A stretch of 63,858 nucleotides of DNA, the filler included, from Octopus bimaculoides (Eukaryota): NCBI RefSeq assembly GCF_001194135.2. It is 6 parts of 6 records of this genome, joined end to end, with 100 filler letters (N's around TTAATTAATTAA, not from the genome) between each part and the next. Parts side by side here need not be neighbours in the genome. Positions count along the whole stretch, not along the records: positions 1 to 23,314 come from NC_068986.1; 5 more parts are not named here. The stretch is one strand, 5' to 3'. The translations under genes were made by a program, and so were the position numbers. This document shows, piece by piece, positions 1 to 10,563 of the stretch (the stretch's first letter is position 1; each line of letters starts with the position of its first letter). Under the pieces are notes generated by a model, which saw only the letters and a list, made by a program, of their open reading frames with translations, had not been told where the DNA came from and did not search any database.

Positions 1-68
<68 letters not shown>

Positions 69-73
69 GTAGT
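1..73. repeat. (TAA)n microsatellite; serves as tail of the adjacent family A SINE
   Basis: Direct trinucleotide run. Confidence 0.98.
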
Positions 74-290
74 AATCCTTTCTATTATAGACACAAAGCC
101 TGAAATTTGAGGGGAAGGGACAAGTCCATTACATCAACCCCAGTGTTTCACTGGTACATAATTCATCGACCCTGAAAGGATGAAAGGCAAAGTCGACCTC
201 AGCAGAATTTGAACTCAGAACATGAAGGTGGACAAAATACCACTAAGCATTTTGCCCAGCGTGCTAACAATTCTCCCAATTCGCCACCTT
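74..290 (-). mobile_element. tRNA-derived SINE, family A
   Basis: Reverse complement has head AAGGTGGCGAATTGGGAGAA and B-box-like GAGTTCAAATTC; body shared with many copies in the window. Confidence 0.8.
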
Positions 291-716
291 AGAAAGAAAT
301 ACTGGCAGGCCTGAAATTTGTGGGGAGGGGTTTAGTCAATTACGTTAACCATAGTGCTCAACTGGTACTTACTTCCTCAAAGCAAAGTCAGCCTCAGCAG
401 AATTTGAACTCAGGCTGTAAAGACATGAAATGAAGCTAAGCATATTGTCTGGGTCTTTTGACATGTCTTTACATATTGCATGACTTTTGTAAAGAATGGG
501 CTTGTTTCAATGTCATTTGTTTCCACTTCATATGCCTGTTTAGGCTGTTTGTTGTTCGACAGAGTGGAAGGATATTACCCCAAATGGAAACAGGGTGGAG
601 GAGGAGGAGCTTGGTGACAGGAAGGGCATTCAACCATAGAAAAATACTGCTGAAACTGGAATTGGAATACTGCTCTCTTCTGAACCATGCAACCATGAAA
701 AAGTAGATGTTTTTAT

Positions 717-797
<81 letters not shown>

Positions 798-800
<3 letters not shown>

Positions 801-1150
801 CAAACAATACCTATTGTCATAGGTGCACTGGAAATGACAGCGAAACGGGCTGATTACTACCTAGCTCAGATACCAGGAAACCCCAAAATGGCTGAAGTTC
901 AAAAGATAGTGCTCATGGGAACTGCCCATATCCTACGTAAAATACTGTCTGTGTGATCTCAAATTTTAAAACAAACACATAATTTTCTTATAGTTTCTTA
1001 AACATTCTCTAGAACAACAATATGTACAAATCCAAATATATGGTACCCTAGGCATAACATCTACATGAACTTCTAACTTGTTGTCTCTTGAGGTCTCTGG
1101 GTGAGACTTGGATCCAACTTCTACAAATGCAAAGCAAAAGTCAAACATAA
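798..1150 (+). mobile_element. R4/Dong-like non-LTR retrotransposon, 3' fragment
   Basis: Translates to IPIVIGALEMTAKRADYYLAQIPGNPKMAEVQKIVLMGTAHILRKILSV* (stop 954-956), the C-terminus typical of RLE-type R4/Dong elements; flanked by (TAA)n on both sides. Confidence 0.8.
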
Positions 1151-1174
1151 AATAATAATAATAATAATAATAAT

Positions 1175-1246
1175 ATCTATTTTTTCATGGTTGTGTGACG
1201 TCTATTATTATTATTACAGACGTCACACAACCATGAAAAAGTAGAT
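1175..1246. repeat. 29-bp inverted repeat (28/29 match) around an (ATT)n spacer
   Basis: 1175-1203 is the reverse complement of 1218-1246 with one mismatch; 19 nt of the arm recur at 690-708. Confidence 0.9.
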
Positions 1247-1269
1247 ATTATTATTATTATTATTATTAT

Positions 1270-1739
1270 AGATGTCGCACAGTATACAATATCAATGAGG
1301 TTGTTGATTGAAGATATTGTGTCTACCAGGGGTTTGTACTGTTGGACAAGTCATAACAAGGACCTCAGACAGACAGTACTTTACATAATATGTGTGTAGT
1401 TCCAAGTAATGCCAACTTTTGCAATACACCTGGATTGTTGGGTATTTCTAAAGTTTTCAGATGTTTTTTTCAGATTGGGTGGTATTGAACCCAATGCTCC
1501 AATAACAATAGGGATAAACTTTATGTTTGACTCTCGTAGCTGCCACATCTTAGCAATCTCAATTCTCAGCTCTCCATATTTATCAACCTTTTTTCTCTTT
1601 CTTTCATGATGATATGTTGATCTCCTGGCACTGCCACATCAATTATTAGGTGCTCTTGTTTGTCCCTCCTAAAGGTTACTATATCCGGCCTTCAGTGCTC
1701 TGATAACTTGTCTGTCTGTCTGGAAGTCAAAGTCCCAGA
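1270..1739 (-). mobile_element. R4/Dong-like non-LTR retrotransposon, RLE endonuclease domain plus 3' UTR (frameshifted)
   Basis: WDFDFQTD...RPDIV...LIIDVAVPGDQHIIMKERE..DKYGELRIEIAKMW...FIPIVIGALGSIP...LQKLALLGTTHILCKVLSV* (stop 1367-1365); PD-(D/E)xK-type pattern; ends in (TAA)n. Confidence 0.88.
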
Positions 1740-2128
1740 NNNNNNNNNNNNNNNNNNNNNNNNNNNNNNNNNNNNNNNNNNNNNNNNNNNNNNNNNNNNN
1801 NNNNNNNNNNNNNNNNNNNNNNNNNNNNNNNNNNNNNNNNNNNNNNNNNNNNNNNNNNNNNNNNNNNNNNNNNNNNNNNNNNNNNNNNNNNNNNNNNNNN
1901 NNNNNNNNNNNNNNNNNNNNNNNNNNNNNNNNNNNNNNNNNNNNNNNNNNNNNNNNNNNNNNNNNNNNNNNNNNNNNNNNNNNNNNNNNNNNNNNNNNNN
2001 NNNNNNNNNNNNNNNNNNNNNNNNNNNNNNNNNNNNNNNNNNNNNNNNNNNNNNNNNNNNNNNNNNNNNNNNNNNNNNNNNNNNNNNNNNNNNNNNNNNN
2101 NNNNNNNNNNNNNNNNNNNNNNNNNNNN

Positions 2129-2290
2129 TGGCAACGATCTCGCTCGAAAATCCTACAGGAGCCAGTCAGGCGGTACTGGCAACGGCCACGCTCAAAATGG
2201 TGCATCTCATGTGCCACCCGCACAAGAACCAGTCCAGGGGCACTGGCAACGATCTTACTTGGCTTGCCGGGTCTTCTCACGCACAGCCCA
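2129..2290 (-). mobile_element. family B repeat fragment
   Basis: Matches the internal part of copies at 7755 and 16953; cut by a gap. Confidence 0.75.
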
Positions 2291-2307
2291 TTATTATTAT
2301 TATTATT

Positions 2308-2746
2308 AAAGCAACAAGCTGACAGAATCATTAACATGTTAGGCAAATGCTCGGCAGCATTTCATCCATCCTCATGTTCTAAGTTCAAAATCTGCAGAGG
2401 TTGACTTTGCCTTTCATCCTTTTGGGGTCGATAAATTAAGTACCAGTTGTATACTGAGGTCGATGCAATTGACTATCCCCTCCCCCAAATTTCAGGCTTT
2501 ATACTTACAATAGAAAGGATTATTATTATTATTATTATTAAGGCAGTGAGATGACAGAATCATTAGCATGCTGGGCAAAATGCTTAGGGGCATTTCATCT
2601 GTCCTGATGTTCTAAGTTCAAAATCTGCTGAGGTTGATTTTACCTTTCAGAGTTCATAAATTAAGTCCCAGTGAAACACTGGGGTCTATATAATTGACTA
2701 GTCCCCCACAACAAAATTTCAGGCCTTGTGCCTTTACTAGAAAGGA
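2308..2746 (+). mobile_element. two tandem family A SINEs (2308-2520, 2540-2746) separated by (TTA)n
   Basis: Repeated head gcagtgag/ctgacagaatcattagc, B-box-like aagttcaaaatc, shared tail agaaagga. Confidence 0.8.
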
Positions 2747-3273
2747 ATAGAAAGAGCAGTGCGTGCCATCAAAGTGACACTGGGGTAAAATATACGAAGC
2801 CCATTATACCCATCATGACTACCCGTCTGATAAAGGTACACCAGGCACATGCATCACAACCATATGTGTGCAACATGGTGATCTCATATCAAGATAAACA
2901 GCGCATGACCTCGCAGATGGGGCCCAGTTAGAATTTTCTTCAGGTCGAATAGCCCATCCTACTCAAAAGGTCCCTGAATAAGGTTTGTTTAAGGATGTTG
3001 AGCAAAACACCTGTGTTTCCAAAGGTGAATTATTCAAACCCCAAAGAATTCCCCTCAACACATAGCTATGATGCTCCTCCACTACTTCTGCTCATGATCA
3101 GAGATGCACATATTATCAGTCACTAAGTGACATGCTCAACTGGTTAAGGCCAAGCAACTGACAAGCAGAGTTGTGGTATTGAGCAGAATATTTGCTGTAG
3201 CCCATCTTCATGATAACATTTCCAATCAGTTAAGATCAAAAGCCATGAGCCACTGTCTGGTACTGCATCAGGG

Positions 3274-3330
<57 letters not shown>

Positions 3331-3733
3331 GGCAGTGAACTGGTAGAAGCATTAGCACTCTGGACAAAACTTAGTGGCATTTCATCCATCCTCACGTTCT
3401 AAGTTCAAAATCCGCCAAAGTTGACTTTCAGAGACGATAAAATATGTACCAGTTGAGCACTGAGGTTGATGTAATCAATTTATCCCTTCTCTGGAATTTC
3501 TGGCCTTGTGCCAAAATTTGAAAGTGACAAGCTGGCAGAATTGTTAGCATGCCAGGCAAAATGCTTAGCAATATTTCATCCATCCTCATGTTCTAAGTTC
3601 AAATTCTGCTAAGGTTGACTTTGCCTTTCATCCTTTCAGGGTCGATAAAATAAGTACCAGCTGAGCACTGGGGTTGATGCAATCGACTTACCCCTCACCC
3701 AAATTTTGCTGGCCTTGTGCTGAAATTTGAAAT
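3331..3733 (+). mobile_element. two tandem family A SINEs (3331-3523, 3524-3733) after (TTA)n
   Basis: Same head, B box and body as other family A copies. Confidence 0.8.
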
Positions 3734-3936
3734 CATTATCATTATTATTATTGATTGTGGTGGTGGTGAGTGTTTTTTTTTAAGTCGTTATTGTGGAGCC
3801 AATTTTTCTGGAACCATTTGTCAGCCAGATTGGTTCAGTTGTAAACCTTGCCCAACAATACAACCAAAAGACTGTTGTAAGATCTGGACTTACAACCATA
3901 TAACCAGTAGATTAGAGCTGTAATCACATACGTGCA

Positions 3937-3995
3937 GTTGAAAGGAGAGGGTCTGATCCACCCTCTCCCTTCAACAAGTCTCTTAAACAACAAAA
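3937..3995. repeat. hairpin-containing ~55-bp repeat, copy 1
   Basis: GTTGAAAGGAGAGGG (3937-3951), 9-nt loop, CCCTCTCCCTTCAAC (3961-3975); direct repeat at 4525-4577. Confidence 0.85.
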
Positions 3996-4089
3996 CAAGC
4001 ATTTTGAAACCATTTTTCCTTCTACAGAAGGGGTGAACTTTCTGGATCCCAATGAAAGTTTTCTCAGTTTTGCACAATACCCTACATCC

Positions 4090-4330
4090 CTTGCCTTCAT
4101 TTACTTCTCCAGAATCTTTAACTATGTCTTTTTTTATCTTCTCATTCTTCATCATGCTTTCACATAAATTTCCATCATTCTTATCATCCAACCACTTTCA
4201 TTAATCCTCAGCACATGATCCAGCTATTTCATCCAATTTCTCTTCCCAGCATCCATCACTGGCTCTATTTCCAACATGCTCTACAATTCATTGTCTTCCT
4301 CTCTCTAAACTATAGTCCACTCATCTATTG
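4090..4330 (-). mobile_element. degraded RTE-clade LINE ORF2 C-terminal remnant
   Basis: Broken frame reads ...LDHVLRINESGWMIRMMEIYV..., resembling the RTE RLRW.GHV.R motif. Confidence 0.5.
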
Positions 4331-4524
4331 AATCTGTCCTGTGTCCCTTCTTTCCAGCCTTCTCTACTGCTCCATATTCATTACTCTTTTCTAACTCCTA
4401 AGAATCATAGCACTTTTTACACAGGTAGAACACCTTTTTGTTTGGTTTCTGTGACATCCTAACCTTATTAGCATGTCACTTACTTCCCAATACTTCTTTC
4501 ATGCACATCTCACTTGTAGTCATG

Positions 4525-4577
4525 GTTGAAGGGTCTGATCCACCCTCTCCTTTCAACATGTCTCTTAAACAACAAAA
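4525..4577. repeat. hairpin-containing repeat, copy 2 (left arm partly deleted)
   Basis: gttgaa-gggtctgatccaccctctcctttcaacatgtctcttaaacaacaaaa matches 3937-3995. Confidence 0.85.
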
Positions 4578-4636
4578 TGTTTTCAGACCTCGTAACTATC
4601 ATATCTCAATGCAACTGATAGAATAACAAAACTTAC

Positions 4637-4701
4637 AATTAGCTCCACGGTAATAAGAAGCAGCAATACACTTGAACCGTTCTTGACCAGCTGTGTCCCA
4701 T
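4637..4701 (-). CDS. RAB36: Rab34/Rab36-family GTPase, coding exon 5: (L)WDTAGQERFKCIAASYYRGAN
   Basis: 65 nt; acceptor ttttag, donor GTAAGT; contains the G3/switch II motif WDTAGQE; phase continues from the exon at 6058-6159. Confidence 0.97.
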
Positions 4702-4771
4702 CTAAAATAAATATATATGTAAATAAATAAACGGTCACAACAATCTATATATATATAAAATTGAGAAAGTA

Positions 4772-4784
<13 letters not shown>

Positions 4785-4815
<31 letters not shown>

Positions 4816-5065
4816 TGTGTCTGTGTGAATCCCTAAAACTCCAGAACTACACAACCAATTTCATTCAAATTTTACACATGCCTTACTTAGGGTCCCGGTT
4901 GTGTTTTAGTCAAAAAAAATTTTTTACTTCTTGCATTCTTCCAGCCCACAGCAACATCATATCTCCTCCACTATTTAAGTATTACGTGTCAAAAGTGAAA
5001 CAAAAACACTCATGTCATTCGAACCGGAATCTCAAAAACATTGTCACCTTACATCTCATTCTCAT
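4785..5065 (-). mobile_element. Helentron/DINE-1-like non-autonomous element fragment
   Basis: (TG)n/gtctgt run followed by ccaatttcattcaaattttacac, resembling the elements at 25095 and 62150 in reverse. Confidence 0.35.
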
Positions 5066-5128
5066 TTAAGTACCATGACAGGCAAATAAAAATTACTTGT
5101 ACTTAATAAAAGATATGGAATTATTTAA

Positions 5129-5313
5129 TCCTTTAGCATCAGATTATTCTATCAAATATAAAACTTATTTATTCATATTGTTTTGAATTAATCATGTATT
5201 GTCTTGTAGGTTAACGATTTACAGTGTAGGATGAGAGGCTAGATTTGATCAGTTTGAACATAAAACAAGCAGAATATTCGGGGCCAGCTATGGTCAGTTT
5301 AAATGCTAAAGAG
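5129..5313. mobile_element. piggyBac-like MITE
   Basis: TTAA (5125-5128) tcctttagcat ... atgctaaagag TTAA (5314-5317); related partial copy at 7530-7730. Confidence 0.7.
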
Positions 5314-5527
5314 TTAAGATATTTTTAAATACTTAATTACGAAATTGGTTTATAATATAGAAACTGCTGAAGAACAAAACAAGATGGCATTTGAAGATTA
5401 TATATTTTGAAAAGAGCAATGGTGATTCTGCCTTTCTTGAAGAAAAGAAAGAGAGGGGTAATACCAATGTATTACTGTTTTTCTGCAGGGTGCAGTACTT
5501 TTCAACTAAATCTCATCTACAGTGGGT

Positions 5528-5850
5528 ATCATCATCATCATCATCATTTAATGTCTGTTTTCCATATTGACATAGGTTGGACAATTTGACAGGCGCTGGA
5601 CAGCTTGGCAGCTGTCCAGACTCCAATTGTCTGTTGTGGCATGGTTTCTATGGCTGGATGCCTTTCCTAATGCCAACCACTTTACAGAGTGTGCTCGGTG
5701 CTTTTTATGTGCCACCAGCATGGATGCAACACCAGCACAAGTGCATTTTATGTGGCATCAGCACCTGTAAAGAACAAGCCTGTATGTATGAATGACAGCG
5801 ATTTTGCTTAGCTTGATGCATCATCTCAAGTACAGCAAATCACCACAACT
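5528..5850 (-). mobile_element. family B repeat (older, CpG-decayed)
   Basis: (CAT)n tail, then ggctggatgcctttcctaatgccaaccac core shared with the family. Confidence 0.75.
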
Positions 5851-6057
5851 CAGAAGGTAATGATGACTTAGGTGAGATTTGAACTCAGTTTATAAAGTAA
5901 CATAACTATATAACACAAAGTATTTAATTAGCTACTCTACAAATTCTACCAACCACTGGCCTGTATTATTCTAACTGCAATTTATCTTTTGTACTGCCAT
6001 ACTGGCGACATCCATTACTGAGTTTGAAATATTGGTGATGTTAAATGTTTTACTTAC

Positions 6058-6159
6058 AATTGAAGAGTAAAAGGTGCTGACAGGATGGAAAACTTTTCCA
6101 CTTCAAAATCTACTCCAATGGTAGCTTTATAATCTCGGTCAAATATATTATGACAGAAC
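6058..6159 (-). CDS. RAB36: Rab34/Rab36-family GTPase, coding exon 4: (R)FCHNIFDRDYKATIGVDFEVEKFSILSAPFTLQ(L)
   Basis: 102 nt; acceptor ttgtttctgttcttcctgcag, donor GTAAGT; switch I YKATIGVDF, and FDRDYKATIGVDFE as in RAB36. Confidence 0.97.
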
Positions 6160-6629
6160 CTGCAGGAAGAACAGAAACAAGTTATTGAAACACCTGTTTA
6201 GTGTTAATTTTTTTTTAAACAGAACAAAAGTTAATGTCATTCAGATAAAACAATTTTAGCCACTACCACCAGCACCAGGGGCGGAATGACAGTACACTGA
6301 AGAAAAGTTACCCAGAAAACTGTTTGGTTGTTATGTTCACAACAGTTAAACTATGGAGAATGACAGAATTAGAATTTAGTATCTTCCATAATAGAAACAC
6401 CTGTAGCAAATATGAATGAATTCATAATCCATGAGAAAGCAGTACAACACTTTAATCACTCAACCATTTTATTTCCACAAAGAAACACAACATACAAAAT
6501 GAATGGCATTTCCTGTATAATACTATGTAGGAAACTGGTGAGAATAAATGATAATTCCTGATTATTGTTGTTGTTGTTATTATTATTATTCATCGTTTAA
6601 CGTCCACCTTCCATGCTAGCATTTATTAT

Positions 6630-6928
6630 TATCATCTTTGGCAATTTGTGCCGCTGGACTGGCTCCTGTGCAGGTGGCACGTAAAATACACCATTTTGAG
6701 CATGGCCATTGCCAGTACCGTGTGACTGGCCCTCATGCCAGTAGCACGTAAAAGCAGCCACTACACTCTCAGAGTGGTTGGCATTAGGAAGGGCATCCAA
6801 TTGTAGAAACTCTGCCAGATCAGATTGGAGCTTGGTGCAGTCATCCAGTTCACCAGTCTTCAGTCAAATTGTCCGACCCATGCTAGCATGGAAAGCGGAC
6901 GTTAAACAAAGATGATGATGATGATGAT
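6630..6928 (+). mobile_element. family B repeat with (GAT)n tail
   Basis: Core ttggcattaggaagggcatcca, 3' end gcatggaaagcggacgttaaac(gat)n; an inverted copy of this 3' end sits at 6591-6622. Confidence 0.85.
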
Positions 6929-7529
6929 CTTTATCATTATTATTACATCTGAAGTAATGACAAAAACAAATTTTTGTAATTTTTCTTTTTGTGTGCTGTA
7001 ACTCGTCCTTCGATATTGTCCTCCGTATCTTGGGCCCTTGTGGCCAATAAAAGAAATCATTATTATTATTATTATTATTATTAAGGCAGTGAGCTGGCAA
7101 AATCTTGAGCACACTGGGTTAGAATAAAATAATAAGTCATTAGTATTGGTCAGTATTATTGTTTTGCTTTGCTCTTTCTTCTGAGATGACTTATTTAAAG
7201 GAGAAAAGACAGAACCCTTCAATCTTTTATAGGGTCTCCAACAATAGTAGAGGAAAGTTAGGAGGTTATTCTCAGACCAGATACTTGGCCAGAATGCTTG
7301 CAGCAGACTGGACACTGTTGAAGACCCCTAAGGGCCAGATGATGGTGTTAAACCAAGAGACTAATTATGTCTGCCACCCAACAACAGGATTTGTCCCACT
7401 GACAAGAGACCATCCATGATGATTCCATCCACCAAATTTCAATCACAAAGTATTGGTCAACTAGAAACTATGGTAAGAGACACTTGCCCAAGAGTGAGAG
7501 TGGGTCACAGAATCAACAGACTGTTTCAC

Positions 7530-7730
7530 CTTTTAACATTTACACCAGCCACAGCCAGCCTAAATATTCTTCATGTTTTATGTTAAAACTGGCCAGATCC
7601 AGCATCTCACACTTTGAGCATACAATAACATTCTAAAAATAAACAGTCATACCATCAAAATCTCGAAGCTACAAGACAATGCATAATTAATTCAAAACGA
7701 TGTGAATAAATAAGCATTACATTTGAAGGA
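7530..7730. mobile_element. piggyBac-like MITE, partial, opposite orientation to 5129-5313
   Basis: gcataattaattcaaaacgatgtgaataaataag matches the reverse complement of the 5129 element interior. Confidence 0.55.
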
Positions 7731-7754
7731 TTAATGCCAAAACTCAGAGACACT

Positions 7755-8059
7755 ATCATCATCATCATCATCATCGTTTAACGTCCGCTTTCCATGCTAG
7801 CATGGGTTGGACGATTTGACTGAGGACTGGTGAACCAGATGGCTACACCAGGCTCCAATCTGATTTGGCAGAGTTTCTACAGCTGGATGCCCTTCCTAAC
7901 GCCAACCACTCCGAGAGTGTAGTGGGTGCTTTTACGTGCCACCGGCACGAAGGCCAGTCAGGCGGTACTGGCAACAGCCACGCTCAAAATGGTGTATTTT
8001 ACATGCCACCTGCACAGGAGCCAGTCCAGCGGCATTGGCAACGATCTCGCTCGAATGTC
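7755..8059 (-). mobile_element. family B repeat (young, CpG intact), cut by a gap
   Basis: Near-identical to the reverse complement of the 16953-17336 copy. Confidence 0.9.
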
Positions 8060-9052
8060 NNNNNNNNNNNNNNNNNNNNNNNNNNNNNNNNNNNNNNNNN
8101 NNNNNNNNNNNNNNNNNNNNNNNNNNNNNNNNNNNNNNNNNNNNNNNNNNNNNNNNNNNNNNNNNNNNNNNNNNNNNNNNNNNNNNNNNNNNNNNNNNNN
8201 NNNNNNNNNNNNNNNNNNNNNNNNNNNNNNNNNNNNNNNNNNNNNNNNNNNNNNNNNNNNNNNNNNNNNNNNNNNNNNNNNNNNNNNNNNNNNNNNNNNN
8301 NNNNNNNNNNNNNNNNNNNNNNNNNNNNNNNNNNNNNNNNNNNNNNNNNNNNNNNNNNNNNNNNNNNNNNNNNNNNNNNNNNNNNNNNNNNNNNNNNNNN
8401 NNNNNNNNNNNNNNNNNNNNNNNNNNNNNNNNNNNNNNNNNNNNNNNNNNNNNNNNNNNNNNNNNNNNNNNNNNNNNNNNNNNNNNNNNNNNNNNNNNNN
8501 NNNNNNNNNNNNNNNNNNNNNNNNNNNNNNNNNNNNNNNNNNNNNNNNNNNNNNNNNNNNNNNNNNNNNNNNNNNNNNNNNNNNNNNNNNNNNNNNNNNN
8601 NNNNNNNNNNNNNNNNNNNNNNNNNNNNNNNNNNNNNNNNNNNNNNNNNNNNNNNNNNNNNNNNNNNNNNNNNNNNNNNNNNNNNNNNNNNNNNNNNNNN
8701 NNNNNNNNNNNNNNNNNNNNNNNNNNNNNNNNNNNNNNNNNNNNNNNNNNNNNNNNNNNNNNNNNNNNNNNNNNNNNNNNNNNNNNNNNNNNNNNNNNNN
8801 NNNNNNNNNNNNNNNNNNNNNNNNNNNNNNNNNNNNNNNNNNNNNNNNNNNNNNNNNNNNNNNNNNNNNNNNNNNNNNNNNNNNNNNNNNNNNNNNNNNN
8901 NNNNNNNNNNNNNNNNNNNNNNNNNNNNNNNNNNNNNNNNNNNNNNNNNNNNNNNNNNNNNNNNNNNNNNNNNNNNNNNNNNNNNNNNNNNNNNNNNNNN
9001 NNNNNNNNNNNNNNNNNNNNNNNNNNNNNNNNNNNNNNNNNNNNNNNNNNNN

Positions 9053-9150
9053 GGCACCTTGGGCAAGTGTCTTCTACTATAGTCTCGGGCCAACCAAAGC
9101 CTTGTCAGTGGATTTGGTAGACGGAAACTGAAAGAAGCCCATCGTATATA

Positions 9151-9195
<45 letters not shown>

Positions 9196-9410
9196 CTGTG
9201 TATGTGTGTCTGTGTTTGTCCCCCCAACATCGCTTGACAACTGATGGTGGTGTGTTTACGTCCCCGTAACTTAGCGGTTCGGCAAAAGAGACCGATAGAA
9301 TAAGTACTAGGCATCCAAAGAATAAGTCCTGGGGTCGATTTGCTCGACTAAAGGCGGTGCTCCAGCATGGCCACAGTCAAATGACTGAAACAAGTAAAAG
9401 AGTAAAAGAG
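9053..9410 (+). mobile_element. SINE family C (CORE-like accttgggcaag), internal (TA)n/(TG)n
   Basis: Shared with copies at 13824, 27520, 34120 and 46170; tail caagtaaaagagtaaaagag. Confidence 0.85.
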
Positions 9411-9542
9411 AACTTTAAAATACCTCAATCAATCAATGAATCAATCAATCAATTTGCCATATATAAGTATTTGAAATGAGATACATACAATGAGAGACAC
9501 CTATAAACAAGCTGAATTGTCTAGCTTCAGTGAACTGTAACT

Positions 9543-9865
9543 AACTGGCACTCCATCAGGTATGACGATGAGGGTTCCAGTTGATTCAATCAATGGAACA
9601 GCCTGCTCATGAAATTAACGTGCAAGTGGCTGAACACTCAATAAACATGTGTACCCTTAACATAATTCTCAAGGAGATTCAGTGTGACACAGAGTGTGAC
9701 AAGGCTGGCCCTTTGAAATACAAATACTACACATTTTTAACAAGCTGAGTGGACTAGAGCATTGTGAAATAAAGTGTCTTGCTCAAGGACACAACATGCT
9801 GCCAGCACTGAACACGTGACCTTACGATCATGAGCCGAATACCCCAACCACTCAACCACACACCT
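9543..9865 (-). mobile_element. SINE family D/E, CpG-decayed copy
   Basis: Aligns to 60774-61091 with CG to TG/CA changes (caatgg vs caacgg; ctcatg vs ctcgtg). Confidence 0.75.
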
Positions 9866-10181
9866 TCACAAACTGTAAAGATATTGCAACTAATGGGGCA
9901 CCTACTACAAACACAGAGGGAACCAGACTAACTCTTTAACGATAGTTCAAGACTGCCCTAGTTCTCTGGTGCAAATTTCTTGCTTTAAAGTGATCTAAAT
10001 TAAAGTATTTTCTATAAAAATTTCATGCTAAATAATGTTCCAAACGTTTGTTTAAAAATGAGTAAGTTATTTTACTATATTCTTCATTATCTTTTCCAAA
10101 TCAACTGAAACAAAGAAGTCTATTTCAAGAAAAATATGGTAACAAAAGGGTTTAAATATGACTGTTATTGGAAAGTTAAAG

Positions 10182-10563
10182 AAGTAATTTTAAATTCTCA
10201 ATCGCAGGATAATGCTAATAATATAGCCTGAACAGGATAAACTACCCCTATTTTGCAGAAAAAAGTGTAGGTGGTTAGCTGTGGACTCGAACTCACATCT
10301 CCGTGATTACGCGTCACGATGCTCTGAGGTTTGTTTACGTTTGTCGTAATTTGAATTTAACATATGATAGCGTCTCATAAAGCGAGATTTCTATACATCT
10401 TAAATTTGCAGAGGAATTTGTAGTAGGGGTGTTTAGCTCAATCGGTTGAACATCGTGACGCGTAATCACGGAGATGTGAGTTCTTAGTCCACAGCTAACC
10501 ACCTACAGTTTTTTCTGCAAAATAGGGGTAGTTTATCCTGCGATTGAGAATTTAAAATCACTT
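10182..10563. repeat. ~380-bp palindromic element with two tRNA-like arms
   Basis: 10182-10324 is the reverse complement of 10448-10563 apart from a 28-nt indel bounded by caggataa and a few substitutions. Confidence 0.92.
10427..10503 (+). pseudogene. tRNA-like sequence (anticodon-position CGT, Thr-like), distorted cloverleaf, followed by T6
   Basis: A-box-like TAGCTCAATCGG; stem CGTGA/TCACG with 7-nt loop CGCGTAA; T-arm GTGAGTTC (TTCGAG in the inverted arm); TTTTTT at 10509-10514. Confidence 0.5.

Noticed and set aside
1-4636. Next Rab exon (expected phase-1 start; beta-4 strand and the G4 motif region)
   Set aside because: Scanned by eye on the minus strand and found none; it probably lies left of the window or in the 1740-2128 gap.
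5361-5410. Possible plus-strand terminal exon ETAEEQNKMAFEDYIF*
   Set aside because: Weak acceptor, no partner exons, no recognisable homology, and antisense within a Rab intron; likely chance.
7865-8059. Recurrent peptide MAEFLQLDALPNANHSESVVGAFTC in several ORFs (also 6597, 16905, 20249)
   Set aside because: It is the reverse-strand reading of the family B repeat; the recurrence reflects repeat copies, not a protein family.
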